DNA from: Candidatus Multivoradales bacterium
Lineage (GTDB): Bacteria > Acidobacteriota > Thermoanaerobaculia > Multivoradales > J023
Reading direction: 5' to 3'
Length of the DNA stretch: 64,000 bases
Assembly (NCBI GenBank): GCA_965248925.1
Contig: CBDFLE010000006.1
Location: 5,154,601-5,218,600 of the forward strand
Shown here: positions 56,801 to 63,753 of the stretch, piece by piece
How the letters are laid out: each line of letters begins with the position of its first letter
How positions within the stretch are numbered: position 1 is the first letter of the stretch
Notes under the pieces: generated by a model
What the model saw: only the letters and a program-made list of their open reading frames with translations
Database searches by the model: none
Told to the model about the DNA's origin: nothing
Position numbers and translations under genes: made by a program

Positions 56801-58530
56801 CGGCCGTCGATATAGAGCTGGGGCCGCAGCCGCACCAGGAAAGGTGGTACTTCTGCCAGGCCGCCCCAGAGGTTGATAATCAGGTGATCGTCGGAGGTTG
56901 CCGGGGCGTAGGACAGAGTCAGACGTCGACCGAGAGCTTGGTGTAGGTCTAGCTGGTGATCGAGGATGGCTGGCGAGCCTGCCGTGGTCTCGCCGCGGGT
57001 GATCAATCGCAGCCGGTGGCGGGCGCTCGCCGGTAGCTCGGAGTCTTCGAAGGTTACCGCCAGAACTGGATGATAGAAGCCGTTGGGCAGCAGGCCGAGG
57101 GGTTGGCCGGTAGAGGTCACCGAGCCGAGTTGCTCGGCGTAGGTGCCGCCATCGGTGTCCAGCAGGTATTGCTCGACTCGCTGGCGCAGCAAGCTCAGCG
57201 GGGTCTCGAGCTGGGCCGCGCTCAGCATCTCGGTGACGAAATCGTTGGCCGCGAAGCCCATCGAGGCCAGTACCTCGGTGGATGGCTGTCTCTCGACCGG
57301 TTCCAGAGCCGGCGTCAGCGGGATCCAGCTACGGCCTGAGAAGTCGACCACCGAGCCACGGTAATTGCTGTAGGGCACGTGAGCGCTGACCCAGGTGTGC
57401 TCGACATCGAAGGCGGCGATACGACCGCCGCGAATCACTGGCCGGTGGGCAATACCGGCGCGAGCCAAGTAGTCGGCCACCGCAGTGCCGTCGTCAAGGC
57501 CCAGCTGGGTGTTGAGCCAGGGCAGCGGCAATTCAATCACCCCGCCGACGTAGCGCGCCGCCGCTCCGCTGGCGCGGTAGAGGGCGATCAGCAGACTCGC
57601 CTGGTCGACATCGTTGCCGGCTCCCTGGCGTAGAGTGCCGAGCGCGCCTTTCATGCTGCCGGCGTACCACTCGGTGGCGATCTGGTGGCGAACGAACTCG
57701 TAGATCGCCACATAGTCGTAGCCCAGCTCTTCAGCCTGCAAGAGAATCTCATCAGCTAGCGGCGCGGCGCTGCTGGGCTCCAAGTCGGTAGGCGTGGAGC
57801 CGGGATCGGCGAGATCGAGATAGCTCGGCACGATCGCCGGTTCAGTGACTGGCAGACGGGCCGGCAGGCGCAGCTGGCGATAGGGCAAGCTGGTAGCCCG
57901 CAGCATTGGGCGGTCAAGGGTGGCCGGGTAAGTGTCGAGCAGCTCGGCGGCGGCTTTGGCGGCCGCATTGAGGGCCGGCGCGAGAGCCGGCTGCTCGGTT
58001 CTCTGTGCCGTTCGGAGACTGGCCAAGGGCTCAGCGAGCAGGGTCTTCAGGCGGTCGTGGAACTCTTGCCAATCGCCGCGGACCTGCTCTAGACGAGCTC
58101 TGGGCTCGCCGCTGAGGCCGGCCGCATCGAGGCGGGCGGCGGTGCGTTCGAAGCGGTCGCCTTGCAGCAGGTCCCAGGCTTGGAAGCTCTCCCAGGCGGC
58201 AGTAAGGGCAGAGGTGTCAAGGCGGCTCTTAGCCTTCGAGGGTAGGGCCTGGCGCAGCTCTACTAGCGCTTCGTTGAGGCTGGTAGGCGCAGTCTTTGTG
58301 GGCGATTCCTCGGTCGAGACTGGACGGGTCGAACGCCAGCTCGCCAGCGGCCCCTCGATCGACCGGCCGCGAGCTAGCTGGTCGAGGATTCGTGTCTCTA
58401 GCGCGGTGCGCGAAGTCTCAGCAGGCGGCTCGGTCGCGAGCACGGCGCTGGCAAGCAGGAGAATTCCAGCGCTGGTCAGCCAGCGCCGAAAGCTGCGAGC
58501 AAAGCGAGGCCGCGTTGTTGGGCAGTTCAT
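47899..58530 (-). CDS. Giant Rhs/YD-repeat polymorphic toxin: Sec signal, transglutaminase-like domain, Ig-like domains, YD shell, Rhs core, ParB/Srx-like C-terminal toxin
   Basis: N-terminal RRWLTSAGILLLASAVLA, GNDVDQASLLIALYRASG..ARY, VRVLDAAGRPV and many YDxxGN repeats. Core PFGFTGHEHDEETGLIYAKARFYDP...NPTVYVDPDG. CT LRFSQ...PIDVV...LDNTRVAIARELG. Confidence 0.92.
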   Translation of the reverse strand: MNCPTTRPRFARSFRRWLTSAGILLLASAVLATEPPAETSRTALETRILDQLARGRSIEGPLASWRSTRPVSTEESPTKTAPTSLNEALVELRQALPSKAKSRLDTSALTAAWESFQAWDLLQGDRFERTAARLDAAGLSGEPRARLEQVRGDWQEFHDRLKTLLAEPLASLRTAQRTEQPALAPALNAAAKAAAELLDTYPATLDRPMLRATSLPYRQLRLPARLPVTEPAIVPSYLDLADPGSTPTDLEPSSAAPLADEILLQAEELGYDYVAIYEFVRHQIATEWYAGSMKGALGTLRQGAGNDVDQASLLIALYRASGAAARYVGGVIELPLPWLNTQLGLDDGTAVADYLARAGIAHRPVIRGGRIAAFDVEHTWVSAHVPYSNYRGSVVDFSGRSWIPLTPALEPVERQPSTEVLASMGFAANDFVTEMLSAAQLETPLSLLRQRVEQYLLDTDGGTYAEQLGSVTSTGQPLGLLPNGFYHPVLAVTFEDSELPASARHRLRLITRGETTAGSPAILDHQLDLHQALGRRLTLSYAPATSDDHLIINLWGGLAEVPPFLVRLRPQLYIDGRRIAVGEPVDAAKLHRFEAVVEGPFGSQEISQIVLSGAYHAIAVGGQHFQATELADNDPGDGEQLAARLLSGLAYSYGADWDAAETEIGGLLAVSPARPLPALVIASNSLRAELLLGVPQRLIWEGVTLDAALRVAEPAARDGSTETAADWMRLAALEGSALEQAIFEGQFQVAAISADRGLALARDSGIEVLRLDAGNLTAELPSLNHPQTVRDDVVALIAQGLTVEIPRQPISVSAWTGSTWRAEDPESGTAGYFLSGGLAGGATVEAPENWLLGFLADALAAPMSDSPNTDPLAGVELLVAEGTDSQLGTVDRVYRHPLAVRVLDAAGRPVQGTEVTFYIWAGDGRLLDTQNQESTSLTLRSDARGMARVKLRSGKHTAANPLFLRRFDSDIFQTRVLENVVEAVASSRLGNLVLRQPISSVAFPQDPAALRRTNRDDNQGTDLTVLHGLWQDTLAIAVEDPHGNPVANQDVAFTNTVFVAPGITCTNAPPDPTPGAFFDASIDSITGGFTGCPVTTPRFGDCGSSDLTLRTTSSGQVSAGFIAGPSAITSYPATVSSAALPPLSYEYSISFINNTGLNHDHCGPLAQRFVRTFGFFADAAGQPSSAVRAGQVYDPPVGLEALEWVPECQGIGIADPSPGGPLFFLVCNELRGEWRPAYFYQDNTHPLAVELLPAGTTTPPQIDNLLGRLESRLQAGLDPALHTARVLLPVLPKSPYLDDFNGEVTVLETPEDYLAVGLLDIALGLIANIDQEIGSLWGVQAQITSFEPPVVPLDDDGLAAEPVAVSYQIAPAEYQPTSAFVELLRDGQQVDLLRGQSIAGEGLAELPRGLELGLDGLWQAELVLNLDTPIEVRGDPVPVPLGQQLFADYSRALAVRQDVDLLNQRRCAQPTLFSFELNRPAEVTLIARRIESVETDGSLNTAAAITLIEAEMFADGEHGEPISPTDLPPGDYLIELRGIDAVDGYEEVREARLSSAWDISEILPIGHTLVHGVDLFDGHLTISRTDLEIPGRGIGLALRRTYSSLAVSSGGPFGLGWNHRYQSRVVITPCGEAILIGGEGSGLRFVDDGQGGLRPLRGSHGTLRADPADGGFDFFTTSGNRFHYLFSEDSTWHLAWTEDPNGNRTTLTYIAGADGPLLRQVTDSSGRALVFDYRQASFAAWDGPVIEHITGPGGLAMSFDYDRFGNLITAQRDNQSRIERYTYQTQPNAGLELRPVMTSTTNGLSGASTQYTWQSGAVAIEAGLAIDALLVDSITHPEGGVTTFDFDQQLLGNAATLELETTVTDRRQRATTYRLNRYGNPLVITDPLGHTTRKTWTPDDVLMLSRTDQNGVVTSFEYDRHGNRTTERVEVTDETGTLVTRERLSTYFPPSAFIAEGIKNHLKSHTDGRGHTTQFEYDAQGNLTRQHITVIDAEGAASTVESRHTYYSNGDRRTTTDARSHASTFTWDTFGNPATVRDRENGLTTFAFDSRGRQLSQTDPNSHTTRLAYDDLDRLILRTLADGSVEQIQHDDIARTRTQIDPRGHATRTSFDLEGRPIEIVNAEGGQQQMEYDPEGNLTLESTVFDATTLRHNTLLVYDDAGRLIRREQPEGRTTDRELDPAGNVLRQTLADRGDPSFTPRVTETDYDRLNRPIETRRLLDAGFIAGQIAFDLENNPVHSTDPLGRVTTITFDALDREIERTEPEWKAGTPRVSQRFWDGNGNLIKTVLFNEPENQIRETTYDRLNRPIRQLDATGELRTMEYDPAGNLTVKIDRRGHRTEHQYDERNRRIKTTVKLAAGNAITEFTFDPSSNLIEQLQPNQNRITHTYDPLNRRLTSNDREGQLSQTGYDARSLPIRQEDANGNVTLSQFDGLGRMIRQDLPEDRTVLQTYDVAGNRLATTNPRGHATTARFDTLNRQIEELSPAPFNYLRQMTWDDAGNLLSETDRRGNTTEFTYDDINRRITRLEPPVLSDGSEVRYLTTWTHDAAGNQLTEIDPRSILTENRWDAENRRTHTLRASLLIEQVQYDPAGNRTKIWDANRNLAQFDYDERQLIITERRPLSATTVHTLDTMGDVIRRQDPAGRFTDSTFDFRRRQLTSTRFGAGNRPETTAFTYDSQGNRIGKLRPEGNAWTYSFDGAHRLTEVEDPDGDLTTYELDQNGNLITQIDAASQPTTYTWDELDRRTSITQADGATETFTFDENGNLAQHRDAKNQLFTRTHDSLNREIALQYPEDPSTDDDLEQITTTWDANGNHLQTAEHFTQTGELTTTQTWDDFDRLATRTDRWDNTLIHGYDLNGNRTLLIDPAGIPTTTTFDALNRVDTVTTPGGVTDYQYLANSLLSQIDYPNGTTSTWQYDPANRIRDLDHRQNTALISSFQYQYDRNGNRTEQIETHTSQPAETTIYAFDPVDRLATVAYPEKTVTTTYDAVGNRISESAVDNAATTITDRLYAYDNRHRLTSVADQLDATQTVTYTHDANGNQSTRTRDSQLTQLTYDTRDQLTQVIEASVIQGTYAFDATGLRVQKLTAEGEARYVYDQQSVLTREDSDGITKFNYGPDRLLSVDDPVEGRAYYLHDTLGSVVGLMTPGGSLLGRYRWDAWGNKRASVETDANPFGFTGHEHDEETGLIYAKARFYDPELGLFLSSDPLEGDLQNPPSLHRYLYAFQNPTVYVDPDGRTNFLKNAAEQLEKIRTEVLDSVDETSTDDEVVDTAFLSALIGVGQTTTEVFNTATNIVAASQAPDTKVGQEAMQELREAVEAAKATVSDSFQSYIEDPDGFVKAASELPDRLVIKGLQTVVLAGGGGTKKEQAEAMAGIFQLGGEVLIGETAAVGLAGRAARVALLDDVVDLPAGARAARGFTKGIARVDPNKLRFSQTTAGGRGRGQALRESMSRRGFDGPPIDVVETPQGLVTLDNTRVAIARELGIFEIPVRIRPPGERLPPEMIGRFGDARTFGEALAHRTGRQRPPLPPTGTSRTPRLPN

Positions 58531-58991
58531 GGGAGCACCGCAACCGGCGTGCAGCCGGGATTGTTGTAGGCGTCGAGGATGTCTTTTAGCCGGTTGGCCT
58601 CGGCTCGGTCTGGGCCTCTGGGGCGGCTGCCTGGCGGCCAGTCTGCAAGGAAGGCATGGGCGGCCTCGACGGTTGCCAAGATGTCTAGCGGATCGGAGCC
58701 CACGGCCAGATTCAACTCAGTGGTAATCAACTGGCGAGCGAGCTTGCTGGCGGCGTCCGAGCCGTCATATTGCAGCAGCGCCAGAGTGCCGCTCTGATCG
58801 ATCTGCTGGTCGCCCAACGCCAACCTTCCGACCATAACTCCATCCGACAGGCGGTGCGCCAGATCGTTGCACAAGTCTCTGGCGCAAACCAACGCTTGCA
58901 GCACCCTAGCATCGAGAGCCTCTCCGAGACCAAGCTCCCCCCCCGATGCGCCGATCGAAGACCTGACCGCGACCTTTCTGGCCGCGGTCAA
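58527..58991 (-). CDS. Hypothetical protein overlapping the Rhs start; probably the C-terminal remnant of a larger gene
   Basis: ATGA overlap with the Rhs start. The 3' half (KLARQLITTELN...LDAYNN) looks coding, while the 5' part abuts transposase debris. Confidence 0.5.
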   Translation of the reverse strand: MTAARKVAVRSSIGASGGELGLGEALDARVLQALVCARDLCNDLAHRLSDGVMVGRLALGDQQIDQSGTLALLQYDGSDAASKLARQLITTELNLAVGSDPLDILATVEAAHAFLADWPPGSRPRGPDRAEANRLKDILDAYNNPGCTPVAVLP

Positions 58992-59407
58992 CCATCGGTA
59001 CTCGGCAAAGGCGAGCGGCTGGCCAACGAGATCGCCGCCAGGACCGTAGGGGCCAAAGCCAGACGTAGGGTCGAGGCGAGGGTGGCAGAGATGGATTTCG
59101 AGCTAGCTCTGTACGATCCGAGCCCCTGGTCTTCTGGCGGTGACCGGTGAGGGAGCGATCCGCTCGCAGCTCATCAGAGGACCAGCGCGCCGCTTCGCGT
59201 TGAGCCGGGCGAGGTCGATATCCTCGGGCAATGACTTCCGATCTTGCCGGCGCATTGCTCTGCGCGCCTGTCTTGCTTCTCCTTCTTGCGGTCACTTCGC
59301 TCGCTCAACAGCCCAAAGCAAAGCACCGCCGCCGAGCGTAGTGTCCACCCGGCCCGACGACCTATCGCGGCTTCTGCCGGCCCAAGCCCAGGTGGGTTCG
59401 GCAAGCA

Positions 59408-60147
59408 GTGATCCGGCTCAAGGCGTTGCAGCCCTCCGATGGCTGTCGAGCCATCGCAGCCGCCTTCAATCGCAACTACCGCCATCGCCGGATGACGGTC
59501 GGCAAGAGCTATGTTGCGAAGATCTTCAAAGAGCACCAGCTGGAGATCCTCGCTTGGCGTCAGAAGATCCGCAGGAGGAAACCTGGGACGGTCGACAAGC
59601 GGCTGATCTGGGCCGCCGATCTCACCTATGCCGACAACGCCGCCGGGCAGAAAGAGACCATCTTCGGCTTGCTCGATCACGGGACTCGGCTTTGCTTGCG
59701 CCTTCAGACTTTGAAGACGAAGGCGTCGGTCGAGCTGGTGCGCCAGCTGCTCGACGCGATTGAGCTAGGTGGTAAGCCAAAGTGCCTGCGCACCGACAAC
59801 GAGCCGGTCTTCACCTCGTGGATCTTCAGGCTTTCGCTTCTTCTGCTCGGCATTCGCCACCAGCGCACTCAGGTGGCCTCGCCCTGGCAGAACGGCCGCA
59901 TCGAGCGCTTCTTCGGCACCTTCAAAGAGCGTCTGCTGCGGCGGCGCGAGCCGCTGCCGCAGGGCCGCAAGGCCCAGCGGCAGCTCTGGATGTCTTCCGC
60001 TATTGGTACAACGATCTTCGCCCGCACCAGAGCCTCGACGGCTGTACGCCGGGCGAGATCTGGACCAGTCGCTGGCGCCCGCGAGGGCAGCTACGATTCT
60101 TGACCGCCTGGCAAGGAGTGCTCTCTGGCTTCTACGCGCCCAAGTAG
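59408..60147 (+). pseudogene. rve/integrase-core (IS3/IS481-like) transposase with a frameshift
   Basis: WAADLT, DHGTR, LRTDNEPVF and PWQNGRIERFFGTFKE in one frame; FRYWYNDLRPHQSLDGCTP in another. Confidence 0.8.
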
Positions 60148-60507
60148 AGCGGCTCGGGACGGCGAAGGAAGGGCAGACGGCAGCACGCTGTCCATGGTGA
60201 GCTGCGTCCGGGACACAAGGATTCTAGGCAACCAGAGGAAATCGAGATCCGTCGAGGACGGTTCTCTGAGTGAGTTGAGAATTGTCAGTACGGCGCTGGC
60301 CCTGACGTCAACTACTTTTGTGCATCAGCGACAATTAGAAATGTGCAAACCCGCCGCCGCCGTAGCCGCTGGGCTGTGGGAAACGCGCAGCGTTTTCCAA
60401 GGGGTGTGGGAGGGTGCCGTCTGCGGCAGCCTTCCATGCCCCGGCAGACCGGCGGCTGGGGGGAGTTGGGGGTCCGGGGGAAGAGGGGGGGTTGGTTTTC
60501 CACAGGT

Positions 60508-61275
60508 TCAGGATTTCCTCCGTAAGTTGTTGTTGTTCTTGACGGCCACCTGGGCGCGGTAACTCTTGCCTGAAAGCTCCAGGATGGTGGCGTGATGGAC
60601 GAGTCGATCGATGGCGCATGCAGTGGTCATGGGGTCCTTGAAGGTCTTGTCCCACTCGGAGAAAACCAGGTTCGAGGTGATCATCACGCTCTTGCGCTCG
60701 TAGCGCTCGGAGAGGAAAGTGAAGAGCACCTCCATCTCTTCGCGGCTATGTTGGACGTAGCCGATATCGTAGAGGATGACGACCTCGAAGCGATCGAGTC
60801 GCTTGAGTACGATCTCTAGCTCGAGATCGCGTTTGGCGACCAGCAAGCGCTGGACGAGCTTGAAGGCCGGCAGGAAGAGCACGGAGACGCCTCGCTGGAC
60901 GAGTTCATATCCAATGGCGCTGACCAGGTGCGTCTTGCCACGACCGGGCAGACCGAAGGCGAGCAGGTTCTCGCACCGCTCTGCGAAACCGCCCTCGCTC
61001 AGGTTGGGCAGTTGCCGGCGAACCGCGACCGGCAGTCGGGCGCGATCGAGAGTCGCTAGGGTTTTCTCGTGCGGCAGACCGGAGCTGCGAAGCAGCCGTT
61101 CGACGCGGCGCCGACGGCGGTCTTCGATCTCCACTTCGGCGAGCTGACGGAGAAAGCGTTCGAAGCTCCAGCCTTCTTGCTCGGCCTTGGTACTCACCTC
61201 TGCGAGAGCGCTCACGAAGCTGGGCAACTTCAAGGTGCGAAGCAAGCCGGGGAGACTGTCGTTGGTGACGCTCAC
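60508..61275 (-). CDS. istB: IS21 helper ATPase
   Basis: GLPGRGKTHL, ERYERKSVMITSNL.FSEW, AIDRLVHHA, GKSYR. Walker B reads LYDIGY. Confidence 0.93.
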   Translation of the reverse strand: MSVTNDSLPGLLRTLKLPSFVSALAEVSTKAEQEGWSFERFLRQLAEVEIEDRRRRRVERLLRSSGLPHEKTLATLDRARLPVAVRRQLPNLSEGGFAERCENLLAFGLPGRGKTHLVSAIGYELVQRGVSVLFLPAFKLVQRLLVAKRDLELEIVLKRLDRFEVVILYDIGYVQHSREEMEVLFTFLSERYERKSVMITSNLVFSEWDKTFKDPMTTACAIDRLVHHATILELSGKSYRAQVAVKNNNNLRRKS

Positions 61276-62756
61276 TGGACCACCTCCACGCTGCTGGTGA
61301 GCAGTTGGTCATAGCTGGCGAGATCGGCCACCGGGGGTTCCATGTTGGGAATCTGAGGAGTTGCGAGCCGGGTCAGCGCTTCAACCGCCTCGAAACGGGG
61401 TAGCTTCCGCTCGGCCTCGATCAACTCCAGCGCCGCCTCGACCTCGCACTGCATGGTGGTCGCGGCCAGCTTCAGGATCCGCAGATAGTCCAGGTCGGCC
61501 TGGCGCTGCGAGAGGCCCTCGCTCAGGATGTCATAGGCCCTTCGGAAGACCAGGGTAGGGAACATCGCATCGCGGAACCGGTAGCGTGCGAACGCGCCCG
61601 GCTTGCGCACCAAGGATGCGATCACATGCCGGTAGTCGACCCGATGCTTGCCGTGGCCACACAGGCGCTCGATACTGAGCTGCTTGCGGCCACCGTAGAG
61701 CACCTCCAAGGTCATCTCGCGCAGCAGCACCACCACCTGCTCGCCGATCAGTCGCGACGGCACCGAGTAGGTGTTGTTCTTCACCCGAATGGTGCTGCAC
61801 GAGCTCACCCGGAGACGCAGCCTACGGTGCTGCGGGAGCCGATCGGCTTGTAGCAGCCGCATGACCGCAAGTTCCTCGCGCAAGCGCTTCGCGCGCCGCG
61901 CATTGGCCTGCTCCAGCCGCTCGCTGATCCACGCTTGGTAGAGCTCGACGCTGTCGAAGTCCCGGCTGCCACGGAGCAGAAGATGCTGCTTCAGCTGCCG
62001 CTTCAGCGCCCCGTTGGCCGCCTCGATGTCGCCGTTCTGGTGGCTCTGGCCGATGCCGATCGTCCGCGGCTTCATCCCCAAATGCTCCATCACCGAGACG
62101 TACTCGTCATTGAAACCTCGCTGCCCGGTCTTGAGGTCATGGGTCGCTGCCGTCGAGTTGTCCGTCTGGTGGTACCGGGGCACCCGGCCCAGCCGGAAAA
62201 CGGCGGTCTGGACTCCCTGGCGAATCGCCAGCATCGACTCGGAAAAGCACACCGTCGCCGACTGCCAGTTGCTGTACGGCAGCACCGAGTGGCACAGCAG
62301 GTGAAGGAACACCTCGCCACCGATCCTCACCCCCAGCTTCTTGCAGCAGGTGAAGTCGGTCTGCAACGCCTCACCAGGCCGGTGGTTTTGGCCGAAGAAC
62401 ACCTCCTTCTCTGGACCCTCAGTAGCCCGCCACTGCTTCACATGGCGCTGAAAGGTGCGCAGCTGCCCCTGGTGATAGCGGTCGGGATGGCGGGCCATCA
62501 GATCCTCGAAAAGCGCCTTGCCCTCCAGCTCGGGAGCCGACTCCAGGCGGGCGGTGATCGCCGGCCAATCGGCCGCGAAAGGGTCCTTGCGGGTACGCCA
62601 CCGGCGCTCCGCTTTCAACTCCGACGGCAGACCACCAGCCGCCACATACCGGCGCGCCGTGTTGCGGTGCATGCCGGCTCGTAGAGAGGCCACGCCGATA
62701 CCGGCGCCTTGCTTCAGCTCGCTCATCAGTTTCCTCACTTGTGCGTCTGTAACCAC
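61272..62756 (-). CDS. istA: IS21 transposase
   Basis: HRNTARRY HTH, PGEALQTDFT, HQTDN, NGDIE, NNTYSVPSRLIG. Likely GTG start at 62756 after GAGGAG. Confidence 0.93.
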   Translation of the reverse strand: MVTDAQVRKLMSELKQGAGIGVASLRAGMHRNTARRYVAAGGLPSELKAERRWRTRKDPFAADWPAITARLESAPELEGKALFEDLMARHPDRYHQGQLRTFQRHVKQWRATEGPEKEVFFGQNHRPGEALQTDFTCCKKLGVRIGGEVFLHLLCHSVLPYSNWQSATVCFSESMLAIRQGVQTAVFRLGRVPRYHQTDNSTAATHDLKTGQRGFNDEYVSVMEHLGMKPRTIGIGQSHQNGDIEAANGALKRQLKQHLLLRGSRDFDSVELYQAWISERLEQANARRAKRLREELAVMRLLQADRLPQHRRLRLRVSSCSTIRVKNNTYSVPSRLIGEQVVVLLREMTLEVLYGGRKQLSIERLCGHGKHRVDYRHVIASLVRKPGAFARYRFRDAMFPTLVFRRAYDILSEGLSQRQADLDYLRILKLAATTMQCEVEAALELIEAERKLPRFEAVEALTRLATPQIPNMEPPVADLASYDQLLTSSVEVVQ

Positions 62757-62788
62757 GCCCGCTCCTCGGTCGAGTAAACGAGCATTTT

Positions 62789-62828
62789 CCCGCCTCTTGG
62801 GGGTCGCTAGCGACCCCCAAGAGGCGGG
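62789..62828. repeat. Perfect 40-bp palindrome between the IS21 end and the istA start
   Basis: CCCGCCTCTTGGGGGTCGCT|AGCGACCCCCAAGAGGCGGG. Confidence 0.9.
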
Positions 62829-62884
62829 ACTCGGATGCACAGGAGTAATTGTCGTCAGTGCACAGGTCTAATTGTCGCTGAGCA

Positions 62885-63224
62885 CGATCGCCTCCGACAA
62901 CTACGGAAGCAGAGGAATCTGTCTCAAACCGAACTCGGGAAACTCGTGGACCTGCACTACACCCATGTTGGCCGCTACGAGCGTGGGGCTTCTCGGCCTA
63001 CCGCGGATGCACTCGGGCGCATCGGCGAAGCGCTGGGTGTATCGGGTGACTACCTGATGGAAGGGGCCAACGAAGATGCGGCAAGAGCCCACTTCGAGGA
63101 CCGCGAGCTACTACGCCAATTTCAGGAAGTCGAAGGGCTGCCCGAGGAGGACAAGTTCGTCGTCAAGAAGCTCCTCGACGCATTCCTGACCAAGAAGCAG
63201 ATTCAGAGGCTGGCTGCTAGGTAG
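62885..63224 (+). pseudogene. XRE-family HTH regulator (copy 2) with its first codons removed by the IS21 end
   Basis: DRLRQLRKQRNLSQTELG...GRYERGASRP...LGVSGDYL begins immediately after the IS21 terminal CA. Confidence 0.82.
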
Positions 63225-63753
63225 CTGGAGTCAGCACGTAGGCTGCTGGCACCCAGTCTGCCAGCCAAACCAGGCCGTTGCCTTGGTAGAAGACAACGCC
63301 CGCGGCATGCGCTTCTGCCGCCCCGACCTCCAGGATTACCGCGTTGCGGGCCTTTCGGTGGCCCACCTGGTTGGCCGTTTCCCGGTCGGCCGAGAGGTGG
63401 ACGTACTGTCGACCCATCGGCTTGAGACCTTCGGCCAAGATCACTTCAGCCGTCTTGGGTGCCGTGCCGTGGTAGAGCACCGCCGGTGGAGTTGCCGGCA
63501 CCTTCAGTAGGCGTTGCGGCGTCGAATGACCGTAGAGCGCTCGAATCCGTCCGCTGCGCAACTCGAAGCGTTGTTTGTCGGCAGCTGCCATCACTTGCTC
63601 GATGTCTTGCTCGGACAGCCGACGCCATTCCCGGCGCTGGCTTCGTAATCCCGACAACAGTGTCTCGATCTCCACCCAGCCCTCTTCGTCCAGCTCCAGC
63701 TCGTATAGCCACGGCTCGTGGCGCAGAGCGTGCGAGATTGTGCGGCTTAGTCG
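63217..63753 (-). CDS. kptA: RNA 2'-phosphotransferase (KptA/Tpt1), copy 2; no canonical start before the conserved N-terminus
   Basis: The frame upstream of the listed ORF reads RLSRTISHALRHEPWLYELELDEEGWV. All KptA motifs are present. Confidence 0.85.
   Translation of the reverse strand, partial: RLSRTISHALRHEPWLYELELDEEGWVEIETLLSGLRSQRREWRRLSEQDIEQVMAAADKQRFELRSGRIRALYGHSTPQRLLKVPATPPAVLYHGTAPKTAEVILAEGLKPMGRQYVHLSADRETANQVGHRKARNAVILEVGAAEAHAAGVVFYQGNGLVWLADWVPAAYVLTPAT

Larger units (their letters stand above)
60297..62884 (-). mobile_element. IS21-family insertion sequence
   Basis: istA-istB pair. Both ends carry two tandem ~23-bp repeats (xCAGCGACAATTAGAxxTGTGCA / CTGACGxCAAxTACTxxTGTGCA). 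The 62884 end is clean; the other end is approximate. No TSD seen. Confidence 0.92.

Noticed and set aside
59174-59680. 168-aa minus-strand ORF and the 207-aa ORF at 59140
   Set aside because: Both overlap the rve transposase remnant and have no motifs of their own.
60300-60347. Tandem ~23-bp repeats as a mini CRISPR array
   Set aside because: No spacers and no cas genes; these are IS21 subterminal transposase-binding repeats.
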